Notes: generated by a model from the letters alone, not told the origin. DNA of 64,000 nucleotides from an uncultured virus (IMG/VR IMGVR_UViG_3300033148_005029) (IMGVR_UViG_3300033148_005029), one strand, 5' to 3'; counted from the stretch's first letter, positions 46,088 through 56,404 are shown. Program-made: numbers and translations.

Positions 46088-46564
46088 ATGGCAGAGCCAT
46101 ACGGGTTCGCAGTGCGGACGGACGGTGCGACGGAGCTGCGCAGCGCCCTCGCTCAGCATGAGGCAGAGTTGGTCATCCTCACGCAGGAGGACCACGGCGT
46201 ACCGATCGCGTCCTTCGACATCGTGCGCGTGTCAGTCCTGAGCGCGGAAAACCTTGCGTGGGATGTCTACTTCTATGACAGTGCGCCCGGGGCGCTCACG
46301 GCGCACGACGACAACCCGGTCGTGGATTGGATCGAGTTCGACGCCACGCAGGGGAAGCAGATCAACGCGACCGGTCCGTTCATCTACTCCCTGTCGGCCT
46401 TCAAGACGCGCTACATCAACCGTAATGGGGAGCCGACCATCTACGTCCGCCTCTGTCAGCGGGACGCAGCGGGGAAGACGGCGAACGATCCGGGGCGGGT
46501 GGTCGTCATCGTCGAAGGCACCTCAACGGGTAACGACTACCCGGCGCAGCATCCGGAGACGTAG
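46088..46564 (+). CDS. Hypothetical structural protein
   Basis: RBS AGGGGG; beta-rich sequence. Confidence 0.6.
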   Translation: MAEPYGFAVRTDGATELRSALAQHEAELVILTQEDHGVPIASFDIVRVSVLSAENLAWDVYFYDSAPGALTAHDDNPVVDWIEFDATQGKQINATGPFIYSLSAFKTRYINRNGEPTIYVRLCQRDAAGKTANDPGRVVVIVEGTSTGNDYPAQHPET

Positions 46565-46566
46565 GC

Positions 46567-46704
46567 ATGAGTGGTTGGTGGAATTGGTATGACAGGACAC
46601 CGGGGAAGCAGCTGAGCGACATGGACGTAGGGCTGAAAGTACTCTACGTCTCCGTCGGTCTGATGGTTCTTCTCGTGTTGCTCGTGACTATCGACGTCTG
46701 TTGA
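46567..46704 (+). CDS. 45-aa single-TM peptide (not in the ORF track)
   Basis: MSGWWNWYDRTPGKQLSDMDVGLKVLYVSVGLMVLLVLLVTIDVC fills the intergenic gap. Confidence 0.5.
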   Translation: MSGWWNWYDRTPGKQLSDMDVGLKVLYVSVGLMVLLVLLVTIDVC

Positions 46705-46713
46705 GGGGACAAC

Positions 46714-47214
46714 ATGCCGCCTGCAGGATCAGTAGTCGTTGGTGGTAGTGGTGGTGGTACCACGCCATCGACAGCTGCGGAGGACACAAACGTGTGGGTC
46801 ATCACGGGATCGAAAGCGCTTCAGACCTACGGCACGTCCGGGCAGACGTACACGCCGATGGACGTGGCCGACACGCTTCGCATGCAGAAGCGCGTGCTGA
46901 CGGCCGGTGACTACACGGTCAGCATCAACTACGCGATGGCGTCTGCCTCCGCCAACGCGGTCAAGCTGCAGTGCGACTACCTCGTGACCGACGACGGTGA
47001 CGACCCGGATGCTGCTCTCGGCGCGGCAACTCCGGCGACGTCCGAGTTCTCGCCCGGCAACGACACCGACATGCACCAGCACGAGACTTTCGTGGTGACG
47101 GTCGCCGCCGACGGTGAGAACCTCGTCATCGTGCTGACCCGGATCGCCCCCGGTGCTGCTGCTCACCCGGGCCTGCTGCGCGTCATCGACGTCAACCTCG
47201 ACCCCGTGCCGTAG
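46714..47214 (+). CDS. Hypothetical structural protein
   Basis: RBS GAGGGG; beta-sandwich-like sequence. Confidence 0.6.
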   Translation: MPPAGSVVVGGSGGGTTPSTAAEDTNVWVITGSKALQTYGTSGQTYTPMDVADTLRMQKRVLTAGDYTVSINYAMASASANAVKLQCDYLVTDDGDDPDAALGAATPATSEFSPGNDTDMHQHETFVVTVAADGENLVIVLTRIAPGAAAHPGLLRVIDVNLDPVP

Positions 47215-47222
47215 GAGCTGAC

Positions 47223-47990
47223 GTGGCCTTCAACACTGCTGTCATCGCTGGCGTCGAGGAGTACACCTCGTGGGATGACGTGCTTGCTCGTCCCGCCTCG
47301 GACGGCGACAAGGTCATGTTCATGGGATTGAAGTGGCGGTACGACGGTACCGCTTCAATATGGGTTCCTGCTTGGGTCTACGGGGAGACCATATTAGACA
47401 AGCTGTTGGTTGATGGCGACGAAGCTAACGACGCTGCACTTGTCGCGAAGGGCTGGACTGTCAACAAGGCAGCCGGTGGCACCGTCACGTATGACGGCGT
47501 GCGGGTGAGGTTCAAGGGCGATTCCGCAGATGCCGACATCAGCAACGTAGCATTTACTCATACGGGCGACCAGGACGATAAGTACTTCTTCTATGGTCGG
47601 GTGCGAGCTGACAACTGGAGGGGTACTCCCTACTGGGCCGGATGTATAGCTGGTCTTGACGATGGCACGCACTCCAGACAATTCAGTTTTCTCTACACGT
47701 CTGCCACCGACTATGCTGGGTTCATTGGCAACATGGCAAAGAAGGGGGAGGCGGACGTATCAATTGATTTCACGACTGAGCGGTTCGTGCTGATCTTCTG
47801 GAGAAAGACGACCGGAGAAAAAGCAAGCTATGCGTGGGTGCAAGGCGGAGCATGGCTGCCTGCTCCAAACTACGCTTACACGGGAACGACCTTTACGGGC
47901 ACGGCCTCAAAGCGGCTCGGTATTGGTGTTTTGAGTAGCGGAGCCGGTAGTGACGTTCACGTTCGTGACGTAGTATTCGCGAGGTATTGA
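47223..47990 (+). CDS. Paralog array member 1 (putative receptor-binding or lectin-like protein)
   Basis: MAFNTAVIAGVEEYTSWDD..MFMGLKWRYDG..WVYGET; ends VRDVVFARY. Confidence 0.75.
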   Translation: MAFNTAVIAGVEEYTSWDDVLARPASDGDKVMFMGLKWRYDGTASIWVPAWVYGETILDKLLVDGDEANDAALVAKGWTVNKAAGGTVTYDGVRVRFKGDSADADISNVAFTHTGDQDDKYFFYGRVRADNWRGTPYWAGCIAGLDDGTHSRQFSFLYTSATDYAGFIGNMAKKGEADVSIDFTTERFVLIFWRKTTGEKASYAWVQGGAWLPAPNYAYTGTTFTGTASKRLGIGVLSSGAGSDVHVRDVVFARY

Positions 47991-48760
47991 TGGCCGCCAA
48001 CACAACGTACCCATCGCTCGGTGTTGAGGAAGTTACTTCCTGGGACGACATGCCCTCCAGCCCCCTGGATGGTCAGGCTGTCATGTTCATGGGGATGAAA
48101 TGGCGGTACAGCACTACAGACGGGCTCTGGCTCCCGGCATGGGTCTACGGAGAGACTCTACTCGACGTCGGACAGATTGTTGGGGATGAGTCGAACGATG
48201 CAGCCCTCGTGGCGAATGGCTGGGGCGTCACCAAGTCCGGGAGTGGCGCTACGTACTATGACGGGACACGGGTCAAGCTCGATGGTGGCAGTATAAATGC
48301 GAACTTCGCGAGTGCAAACTTTGTTCACGGTGGGAATCAAGCAAGTCATTACATCGCCTATGGACGTGTGACTGCTCATAGCTACACCAGCGGTGGTGCG
48401 CAGGCCGCTTGTGTCCTCACAAATCAGGACGGGACGGAAGACAGAGCCTTCATGTTCCGCTACGATCCCGCGCATACGTACAACGCCTTTGGTGGTTTCG
48501 GTGGCATCTACGGGCAAGTCAATGACCTTGCTTCTTTCGCTACCGAGAGGTTTTTTCTTGTGTACTGGCACCCTCATGCTGGGAGCGGTATCGCTCAAAG
48601 CGCTTGGGTGGAAGGTGCTGCATGCATCCCATCGCCTACGTCCTTCTACGCCGGAACGGCGATGCCTGCATCTGCTTCGCAACGCTGGTATATCGGTGAC
48701 TGGACCGGTAATGCTGGTGGTTCGTTGTCCGTTCGCAATCTCGTCGTCGCGAGGTACTAA
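47990..48760 (+). CDS. Paralog array member 2
   Basis: MAANTTYPSLGVEEVTSWDDMP..; ends VRNLVVARY. Confidence 0.78.
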   Translation: MAANTTYPSLGVEEVTSWDDMPSSPLDGQAVMFMGMKWRYSTTDGLWLPAWVYGETLLDVGQIVGDESNDAALVANGWGVTKSGSGATYYDGTRVKLDGGSINANFASANFVHGGNQASHYIAYGRVTAHSYTSGGAQAACVLTNQDGTEDRAFMFRYDPAHTYNAFGGFGGIYGQVNDLASFATERFFLVYWHPHAGSGIAQSAWVEGAACIPSPTSFYAGTAMPASASQRWYIGDWTGNAGGSLSVRNLVVARY

Positions 48761-49533
48761 TGGCAGCCAACACGACCTACCCATCGCTTGTCGTGGAAGA
48801 GGTCACCTCGTGGGACGACATGCCCGTCAGCCCTCTCGATGGGCAGGCTGTCATGTTCATGGGGATGAAATGGCAGTACGACGGTACCGCTTCAATATGG
48901 GTGCCTGCTTGGGTCTACGGAGAGACTCTACTCGACGTCGGACAGATTGTTGGGGATGAGGCGAACGACGCGGCCCTCGTGACGAATGGTTGGGCCATTA
49001 CTAAGGCAGGCGCTGGTGCTACGTCCTATGACGGGACGCGAGTCAAGTTCGATAGTAGCGGCGCGAATGCGAACTTTTGCAATGCGCTCTTCCCTCACGG
49101 TGGGAATCAAGCAAGCCATTACATCGCCTACGGTCGTGTAAATTCTCACAGCTACACCGGCAGTGTCAAGCAATCCGCTTGTGTTCTTGCAAATCAGGAC
49201 GGGACGGAAGACAGAACCTTCATGTTCCGCTACGATCCCGCGAATGCATACAACTCCTTCGCGGGTTCAGGTAGTACCTTTGGACAAGTCAATGCTCTTG
49301 CCACCTTCTTCGCTACCGAGCGTTTTTTCCTCGCATATTGGCGCCCTCATGCTGGTAGTGGAATCGCCCAAAGTGCTTGGGTGGAAGGTGCCGCGTGTCT
49401 CCCGTCACCCACGTCCTTCTATGCCGGTACAGGGATGTCTGGAACTGCGGTGCAGCGCTGGTATATCGGTGACTGCACCGGCAATGCCGCCGGTTCGCTG
49501 TCTGTTCGCAATCTCGTCGTCGCGAGGTACTAA
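48760..49533 (+). CDS. Paralog array member 3 (close duplicate of member 2)
   Basis: Colinear with and highly similar to member 2 over its full length. Confidence 0.78.
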   Translation: MAANTTYPSLVVEEVTSWDDMPVSPLDGQAVMFMGMKWQYDGTASIWVPAWVYGETLLDVGQIVGDEANDAALVTNGWAITKAGAGATSYDGTRVKFDSSGANANFCNALFPHGGNQASHYIAYGRVNSHSYTGSVKQSACVLANQDGTEDRTFMFRYDPANAYNSFAGSGSTFGQVNALATFFATERFFLAYWRPHAGSGIAQSAWVEGAACLPSPTSFYAGTGMSGTAVQRWYIGDCTGNAAGSLSVRNLVVARY

Positions 49534-50330
49534 TGGCCTTCAACACCGCCGTCATTGCTGGGGTTCAGGAGTACCTCTGGGCTGACCGTCCTCTTGTGGG
49601 GGCGGTGGATGGGGACATGGCTGTTATCAGGGAGTTCGGCACACGTCCCTACCTGCGGATCTACGACGCCTCGCTTGGGGAGTTCGTACCTGCTGTAGTC
49701 CACGGGCGCTTCTCTGATTGGGTGCAGACAGCGCAAGTGGTGGGGACAGAGGTGGACGCTGCCGCTCTGCTTGCAAACGGGACCAGCGTCAACGCTTACG
49801 CTGGTACGCCTACCATTGGCTACAACGATAGCGGCAAGCTGCACCTTACCAATACCGGCGGCTCGGACGGTATTGCTATCGAGGCAAACACTGCTCCATC
49901 CAATGGCTTCTCAGCCTACTTCCGTGGTCTGATTAGAGTCATTCAGATCGGCGGCAAGGAAGACATCTACTTCATTGCGAGCGACGGTTCGCATGAGGCG
50001 TCGAAGGCGGCCTTCGCATTGCACGGCGGGAACCTCTACCCATTCCCGATGACGGGTACGGCACACGCCGGGACACAGACCGCTGTCAACAGCGGCATCG
50101 CAACGCTGTATGCTGCTGAAGGTCTGTTGGAAATCTTCTACATAGGCAACAACGATGACCGGTCCCTACCTGACGCTGCAATGATGTTCTGGCTCAATGG
50201 GGTCTTTGCGGGATTCCAGACTAAGAGTGAGATGACGGGTGGTAGCTCGAATTACTGCAACCTCGTCCAGCTCATCAGCAGTACGAACGAGATCACGATG
50301 CGTAATGTGTCGCTGTGGGTGAGGGACTAA
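49533..50330 (+). CDS. Paralog array member 4 (divergent)
   Basis: Shares the N-terminus MAFNTAVIAGV and the QVVG.E..AAL..NG pattern; ends MRNVSLWVRD. Confidence 0.72.
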   Translation: MAFNTAVIAGVQEYLWADRPLVGAVDGDMAVIREFGTRPYLRIYDASLGEFVPAVVHGRFSDWVQTAQVVGTEVDAAALLANGTSVNAYAGTPTIGYNDSGKLHLTNTGGSDGIAIEANTAPSNGFSAYFRGLIRVIQIGGKEDIYFIASDGSHEASKAAFALHGGNLYPFPMTGTAHAGTQTAVNSGIATLYAAEGLLEIFYIGNNDDRSLPDAAMMFWLNGVFAGFQTKSEMTGGSSNYCNLVQLISSTNEITMRNVSLWVRD

Positions 50331-50331
50331 C

Positions 50332-50913
50332 ATGGCAGCCAACACGACCTACCCCAGCCTCGGCGTTGAGGAAGTCACCTCGTGGGATGACATGCCGGCG
50401 TCTCCCCTGGATGGGCAGGCTGTCATGTTCATGGGGATGAAGTGGCGGTATCAAACAGCCGATTCTATTTGGCTCCCTGATTGGATCTACGGGGAGACGC
50501 TGGTCGAGAAGCACACCATCGATGGCGATGAGGCCAACGACGGTGCTCTGACCGGCAAGGGTTGGACGATTCAGGAGGCCGGATCCGGGAACATCACATA
50601 TGATGGTACTCGTGTCGGGTGCACCACGACAGCCAACGCTGACCGCGCCCAGATTGGGTATCTCCACACAGGGGACGAGGACGACAGCTACTTCCTATAT
50701 GGCCGATTCGACTTGGCAGCTCTAAGGAGATCGCATGCCTCCCTTGAAGCAAGTCATCGCAGCCGGCGGTGGTGGCGCTACGCCCGCGACGTACTCGTGG
50801 TCGAAGAACCTCGTCACCGATCAGACCTTCACGGACATCTTCGGTTTGCTCGACATGACGACCGCATGGGCGTTCGACGCGGTGGAGGGGCTCGGCAACG
50901 GTGCGGTCGCTGA
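50332..50913 (+). pseudogene. Paralog array member 5, apparently 3'-truncated
   Basis: Homology to member 1 stops after YFLYGRF (about 50710); the remaining tail is an off-frame overlap of the next gene. Confidence 0.6.
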
Positions 50914-51367
50914 CTCGGCGGTAGCGGTGTTGCCGACCGTCGCCCCCAACTCGACGCTCAAGGATCAGAAGATCATCGTCGAGCTGAAGGCTCCGAACGC
51001 GACGCTTGAGTGTGGCGTCATCCTTCGTATGACAGGCTTCAGCTCACCCGATGCGAATTACTACTGGGCTCGCATCACCGGCGGTCGTGCGCGCATCACC
51101 AAAACGCTCGCAGGTGTGTCGACGACTATTGCTGGTGGAGCGAACCCTGCTGATCTCTTTCCGCACAACGCAGGAGAGGTCATCAAGATCACGTTTCAGG
51201 TCGTGGGTGGCGACCTCACTGCCGATTTCGAGAACTTGACTACCCCGGACACGCACAACCTGACCGTTACCGACACGGACATCGCCGGTCCGGGGCAGGT
51301 TGGTATGCGCACAGGCTTCACGAACTCGCAGATTTGGTGGCGCAGCGTCAGCATTCAGTCGCTGTAG
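50735..51367 (+). CDS. ConA/lectin-like beta-sandwich virion protein
   Basis: RBS TAAGGAG; GVILR..NYYWARI..GPGQVGMR resembles the beta-sandwich domains of the 41559-46079 protein. Confidence 0.7.
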   Translation: MPPLKQVIAAGGGGATPATYSWSKNLVTDQTFTDIFGLLDMTTAWAFDAVEGLGNGAVADSAVAVLPTVAPNSTLKDQKIIVELKAPNATLECGVILRMTGFSSPDANYYWARITGGRARITKTLAGVSTTIAGGANPADLFPHNAGEVIKITFQVVGGDLTADFENLTTPDTHNLTVTDTDIAGPGQVGMRTGFTNSQIWWRSVSIQSL

Positions 51368-51376
51368 GGGCAGAGC

Positions 51377-52201
51377 ATGCCGAACATCCCGCAAGGTCCA
51401 ACGAAGAACGAGAGCTTCGCGGGGCTCTCGGAGCACGCGCCGGCATACTCCGACATCGCACCGGAGACGTGCCTGCGGATCATGGACAAGGCGATGCTGG
51501 AGTGGCTGCAGAGCCTGCGCTTCCGCGGGCAGAAGCCGACCGTAGTCGCGGGGTGGAAATCACGCTACTTCAGCTCCGTGAAGGAGATGCATGGCGACAA
51601 GCGGCTTGGCGACAAGCAGCAGGTGCCGTTGCCGATGATCGCGCTCCTCAACCAGGGACTCGCGGTCGATCCTTCGCGATTCGTCTTCGGGAACGTGCGG
51701 CGTCTCGGACCTGGCGCTGCGAGCGAAACGAACACCATCTACCACGGCACACCACCGAACGAGGATGGCGTGCTCTTCCTCCCGTGGCCGATGCCGGTCG
51801 ACATCACGTACCAGATCGAAATGTGGACGAAGGAGATGCAGGATATGCGGTACCTCCGCACTGCCCTCCTCATGCAGTGGTCTACGCACCCGACAGAGGC
51901 ATACCTCCGGGTTGTCTTCCCCGCGCCGTACGGAGAGAAGCTCATCCCGCTGCTCATCGAGCGGGACGACAACATCAGCGACTTGGAGCCCGGGGATCAG
52001 GAGCGACGTCTTCGGCATGCGCTCACGGTGACGATGAAGGGCTGGATCTTCCGCATGCCCATCCTGCAAAAGACGATCAAGAACGCTCACGCCGTATTCA
52101 TTGAAGGCAACTACGACGAGCTGGTGGACTGGTACTGCGACATCGATCACTACCACTTCAACGAGGACTATTCGGTGCTCGAAAGCATCGACGAGCCGTA
52201 A
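51377..52201 (+). CDS. Tail terminator or sheath stabiliser (T4 gp15-like)
   Basis: VPLPMIAL, PMPVDITYQIEMWTK..DM and LTVTMKGWIF; lies upstream of the sheath gene. Confidence 0.8.
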   Translation: MPNIPQGPTKNESFAGLSEHAPAYSDIAPETCLRIMDKAMLEWLQSLRFRGQKPTVVAGWKSRYFSSVKEMHGDKRLGDKQQVPLPMIALLNQGLAVDPSRFVFGNVRRLGPGAASETNTIYHGTPPNEDGVLFLPWPMPVDITYQIEMWTKEMQDMRYLRTALLMQWSTHPTEAYLRVVFPAPYGEKLIPLLIERDDNISDLEPGDQERRLRHALTVTMKGWIFRMPILQKTIKNAHAVFIEGNYDELVDWYCDIDHYHFNEDYSVLESIDEP

Positions 52202-52209
52202 GGTGACAC

Positions 52210-52587
52210 ATGGCAGCCCCGACCGTACCCCCGCAGCTGCTCGCTTCGACGCAGGACGAGTCGAGCGTCACGGTGACACACATCCCGCCCGTCGGAGACG
52301 CGGAGTATGTCCTGAGTCGGGTGTACTACGGGCTACCAGGGGAATCGGGTACACTGTGGGGTACGTCGGACGCGCATGAGGCGCTGGCTATCACAGGTCT
52401 TGAGGCGTCCACGACCTACTTCGTGTACGCGGTCCCTGAGGACGTGGCAGGGATCTTAGGGCCTGCAAGCGAGGTCGTCGTCATGGAGACGACGGTAGAG
52501 ACGCCGAGTGTCGTGAGCGACCCGCAGACGCGGATTCTTCTGACGCTGAGCTTTTCAGACGGAGCGCTGACGAGGGTCGGCCCATAG
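52210..52587 (+). CDS. Fibronectin type III-like small protein
   Basis: ITGLEASTTYFVYAVPED..GPASE is an FN3 signature. Confidence 0.65.
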   Translation: MAAPTVPPQLLASTQDESSVTVTHIPPVGDAEYVLSRVYYGLPGESGTLWGTSDAHEALAITGLEASTTYFVYAVPEDVAGILGPASEVVVMETTVETPSVVSDPQTRILLTLSFSDGALTRVGP

Positions 52588-52605
52588 ATAGGGAGGAGCG
52601 GGAGC

Positions 52606-54879
52606 GTGGCAGTCTACATCTCTGCTGGTGTCTACATTCAGGAGCGTGATAACTCCCTGTACGCCCCCGCGATTGCTCCGACGGTCATGGGACTCGTCGG
52701 TACCGCGACGAAGGGGCCTCTCAACACTGCGACCCTCGTGACGACCGAGGCGCAGATGACCGACATCTTCGGCGTCCCGCGCACGAAGGACATGGGCATG
52801 CACACGGCGCTCGAAGCGCTGAAGGAGTGCAGGCTCATGTACTACTGCCGGATCGCCGGTGCGAGCGCCGCGAAGGGTGTCATCACTGTCGCGGACGACG
52901 GCTCCGGGGCGACCTCGGGATGCACACCACAAGCTGCGAATAACGAATACTACAACTTGGAGCCGAACGCGACGATCGTCTTCACGGACAGCGTCACCGG
53001 CACCGCGACCTTCACGGCGACGGCAGCGAACATCACGTCGGGTAGCGCGGAGACGTACAACCTGACCGCCATTGCAGCTGCTGCTCCGGTCACGCTGACC
53101 ATTAGCGTCGATCAGGGGCCGACGCAGACCTGTACGATCGCGTCCGGTGACGTCTCGAACTTCGCCGCGGTGACAGCGCTGGAGGTCATAACCCTCCTGA
53201 ACGCCCAGATTTTCGGTATCCAGGCGACGGTCTCCGCGACCTCGGTGAAGATTGCGAGCGACACACGCGGTACCGGCAGCTACGTCGAGATCACCGGCGG
53301 TACGGCGAACGACGTTGTCAACGGCCTCAACTTCTCGACGACGCCTGTGCAGGGTACCGGCAACGTCGTCAGCATCGACGCGGTGACGGGCGCAGAGATC
53401 AAGACGATCGTCGAGCTTGCCATCGCGACGATTTCGGTCAGCCTCAGCGTCAACGGCGCGCCGACCTTCTGTACCGTTGCCGTCGGCATAGCGGCGGACA
53501 TCGGCATCAGCGCGACCTCGACGGCGATCGGAGCAGCTCCTCTCATCTCCGTGCCGACAGGAATCACCTACACGGGCCTCGCGGCAGCGCTGTCGCAGAA
53601 CACCATCAGCTTCACGGCGTCGTCGGAAGGCTCTCATTCCAGCGAGATCGACGTCGTCATCTCGACCTCGACGGTTCACGCGAGCCTCAAGAAGATCGTC
53701 GTCATGTACCGGGACGCGGTCGTCGAGACGTACGACGCTCTGTACAAGGGTACGGACCCGGCTCCGTCAGGCGTCACGTACTACGAGATGATCACGACGC
53801 TCAACGCCGGTTCGACGGACGGCGCCTTTCCCGCGTCGGAGTACATCGTTGCGGCGGACCTCAACGCGGCGGCCGAAGACCCGACGGACGGCACGAACAC
53901 GCTCTCCGCAGGTGACGACGGTGACAACTGGACGACCGGCACCGTCATCGGCACCGTCATCGGCCAGACTCGCACCGGCATGCAGGTGTTCGGCGACCCC
54001 GAGCTGATCTACATCACGCTGCTCGCGACGCCGGGAATCGCCTACCCCGCGGTCATCGCTGAGGGGCTCAGCATGTGCGCAGAGCGCGCGGACTGCTTCT
54101 ACATCGCGGACCCGCCGCAGAGCCTCACGCCCGCGGAGGTGGTCGACTGGCACAACGGCAACGCGGGCGGCGCCTACGTGGTCGATCAGGAGGGCCGGAG
54201 CGAGGCTGGCGCGAACACGACGTACTTCAACAGCTCGTACGGTGGGCTGTGGCACGACTACTTCACCGCGTTCGACGCCTTCAACGACGCGAACATCACG
54301 CTACCACCGTCGGCGACCGTGCTGCGCACCGTCGGCTACACCGACAACGTCGCGGATCCGTGGTGGGCGCCGGCCGGGCCGAACCGCTCACAGACGAGCG
54401 CCGTCATCGCGCTGGCTTCCTCGCCGACGCAGGGCGAGCGTGACCTCATGCAGATGCAGGGGAACAACGTCAACCCGATCGCGCTCATCAGCGGAGCGGG
54501 CATCGTCATCATGGGGCAGAAGACGATGCAGAAAGCGCCGACGGCGCTCGACCGCGTCAACGTCCGCCGGCTCATGCTCTACGCGGAGAAGATCGTCGCG
54601 ACGACGGTGCTCTTCCTGACGTTCGAGCCGAACGACCCGACGATGTGGCGGCGCTTCATCAACCTCGTGCAGCCCGTCTTCGATGACATCGCGGCGAGAC
54701 GTGGTCTCGAAGACTTCCGCGTGATCGCGGACAGCTCGACGAACACGGATGTGCTCATCAATCAGAACACCTTCCTGGGCAAGATATTTCTCACGCCAAC
54801 CAAAAGCGCAGAGAAGGTAATCGCCGAGTTCAATCTTTTGCCTTCAGGAGCGGATTTCACAGAGTACGCGCAGGCTTAG
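52606..54879 (+). CDS. Contractile tail sheath protein (T4 gp18-like)
   Basis: SAGVYIQERDNS, GTATKGP, PWWAPAGPNR, NVNPI, GQKT..ALDRVNVRRL and FEPND. Confidence 0.96.
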   Translation: MAVYISAGVYIQERDNSLYAPAIAPTVMGLVGTATKGPLNTATLVTTEAQMTDIFGVPRTKDMGMHTALEALKECRLMYYCRIAGASAAKGVITVADDGSGATSGCTPQAANNEYYNLEPNATIVFTDSVTGTATFTATAANITSGSAETYNLTAIAAAAPVTLTISVDQGPTQTCTIASGDVSNFAAVTALEVITLLNAQIFGIQATVSATSVKIASDTRGTGSYVEITGGTANDVVNGLNFSTTPVQGTGNVVSIDAVTGAEIKTIVELAIATISVSLSVNGAPTFCTVAVGIAADIGISATSTAIGAAPLISVPTGITYTGLAAALSQNTISFTASSEGSHSSEIDVVISTSTVHASLKKIVVMYRDAVVETYDALYKGTDPAPSGVTYYEMITTLNAGSTDGAFPASEYIVAADLNAAAEDPTDGTNTLSAGDDGDNWTTGTVIGTVIGQTRTGMQVFGDPELIYITLLATPGIAYPAVIAEGLSMCAERADCFYIADPPQSLTPAEVVDWHNGNAGGAYVVDQEGRSEAGANTTYFNSSYGGLWHDYFTAFDAFNDANITLPPSATVLRTVGYTDNVADPWWAPAGPNRSQTSAVIALASSPTQGERDLMQMQGNNVNPIALISGAGIVIMGQKTMQKAPTALDRVNVRRLMLYAEKIVATTVLFLTFEPNDPTMWRRFINLVQPVFDDIAARRGLEDFRVIADSSTNTDVLINQNTFLGKIFLTPTKSAEKVIAEFNLLPSGADFTEYAQA

Positions 54880-54950
54880 GGTTACGCAAGATGTGCGTTA
54901 TATGACTGTCTCGATGCTATACTCTCCCTATTGCTTGAAGGGAGGAAGGT

Positions 54951-55733
54951 ATGATCGAGATGGTCGTAGTGTATGGTCTGTCGGAGACGCCGGAGCGAGC
55001 AGGGATTCACTATGTTGGAGTCACATCCGATCCGCGTCAGCGCCTGTATCAACACCTAAGCGAGGCTCGCTGTACAACACACCGCGGGTACGACAGCCGA
55101 AAAAGTCAATGGCTCAGAGGTCTAACGCAGTCGCCGCACATTTTGTCCTTGGAGCGTGTGTCTGCCGAAGACGGGCGGGATGCGGAGCAACGTTGGATCA
55201 TGTTCTTGCATACGAAGGGGAACGCACTCTTCAACAAGCTTTGGTTCGCAGCAACGTGCCCGTGGACGCGCGAAATTCGTGCGAATATGTCGTTTGCTGC
55301 CAAGAAGCGGTATCAGGATCTTGGGCAGCGGCAAGCGTTGTCTTTGCGCGCGCAAGAACGAGCGAAGACAGACGAAGGGCGCGCTCATCTCAAGCGCATC
55401 AGCGCGCTCGGCGTCGCAACGATGAAGAACGACGAGAGCGCGCGTCAGCGGCAACGGGCGGGGCTCAAACACTCGTGGAACGAGATGCCCCCGGAGCAAC
55501 GCGCCGCCCGCGTCGCGAACGCGACAGCGGGTCTGAACGCTCCGGGCGTTCAGGAGCGGAAGGGAGCAGCCATCTCAGCTGCGAAGTTCCGACGTTGGGC
55601 ACGGAAGGGATGGACGAAGGGGCACGTCGAGGTGATTATCAGTGAGAGTCGGAACCTCGACAGCGCTGCGGCGATACTTGGTTGTACTCGACCAACCCTT
55701 CGCCAGCTCCGCAAGCACTACGGTATCGGTTGA
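54951..55733 (+). mobile_element. Free-standing GIY-YIG homing endonuclease
   Basis: VVYGL..IHYVGVTSDPRQRLYQH..AEQRWI..LFN; inserted between sheath and tube genes; extended -10 TGcTATACT at about 54915-54923. Confidence 0.8.
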
Positions 55734-55785
55734 CGGGATGATGAAGCGCCTCCTGTCCGGGGGCAGACGATAGAAGGAGGCAGCA

Positions 55786-56349
55786 ATGACGCTCATCAAT
55801 GCTCAGCACCTCGCCCCGGCGCTCGGCTTCTTCGAGCCGCAGCGCACGTTCTCGTGGGTGCTGGAGATCGGCCTCGACGATGTTGGGGATCAGATCCTCA
55901 TCATGCAGTCGTTGGAGTCGTTCGGCGCCCCGAAGGAGTCGAACGAGACCATCGAGTTGCACCACGGTAACGAGGTGCGGAAGGTCGCGGGTAAGGTGTC
56001 GTTCGAGGACATCACCCTCGTCCTGAAGGACTTTGTCGACTCCAAAACGGCGCAGGCGGTCGCGAAGTGGAGGAGGCTTGTCTACAACCCCGAGACGGGC
56101 TCCGTCGGTCTCGCACGCGACTACAAGAAGTCCGCCGACCTCATCATGTTTGCACCCGACTTGTCGAGTGCACGTGTCTGGAAGCTCTTCGGCGTGTGGC
56201 CGAAGGATGTCGACTACGGCACGCTTGACATGACGTCATCCGACAAGGTGACGCTCTCGCTCACTCTGAGCATCGACCGGGTTATGCCGGGCTTCGCCAT
56301 CGCCATTCCGGCGGGCATCAATCAGGGGATGTCGCAGCTCCCGATCTGA
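55786..56349 (+). CDS. Tail tube protein (T4 gp19-like)
   Basis: FEPQRTFSW, RKVAGKVSFEDITL, WRRLVYNPETG..DYKK and WKLFGVWP..VDYGTLD. Confidence 0.92.
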   Translation: MTLINAQHLAPALGFFEPQRTFSWVLEIGLDDVGDQILIMQSLESFGAPKESNETIELHHGNEVRKVAGKVSFEDITLVLKDFVDSKTAQAVAKWRRLVYNPETGSVGLARDYKKSADLIMFAPDLSSARVWKLFGVWPKDVDYGTLDMTSSDKVTLSLTLSIDRVMPGFAIAIPAGINQGMSQLPI

Positions 56350-56366
56350 TCTACGGTTGGACAATG

Positions 56367-56404
56367 AGCCTACCGCGCCTGTGGCAGGGGATGCGGTAGG
56401 CTTT
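56367..56404 (+). terminator. Rho-independent terminator
   Basis: AGCCTACCGC..GCGGTAGGCT stem followed by TT. Confidence 0.65.

Noticed and set aside
47223..50913. Possible diversity-generating retroelement (template and variable repeats) in the paralog array
   Set aside because: Differences between copies are not confined to adenines, all copies are coding, and there is no reverse transcriptase in the window.
22138..55780. ATAGA(T/A)-like motif upstream of several structural genes as a possible late promoter
   Set aside because: It is short and often coincides with TAG stop codons or RBSs, so it cannot be supported without statistics. I did not notice a T4-type TATAAATA.
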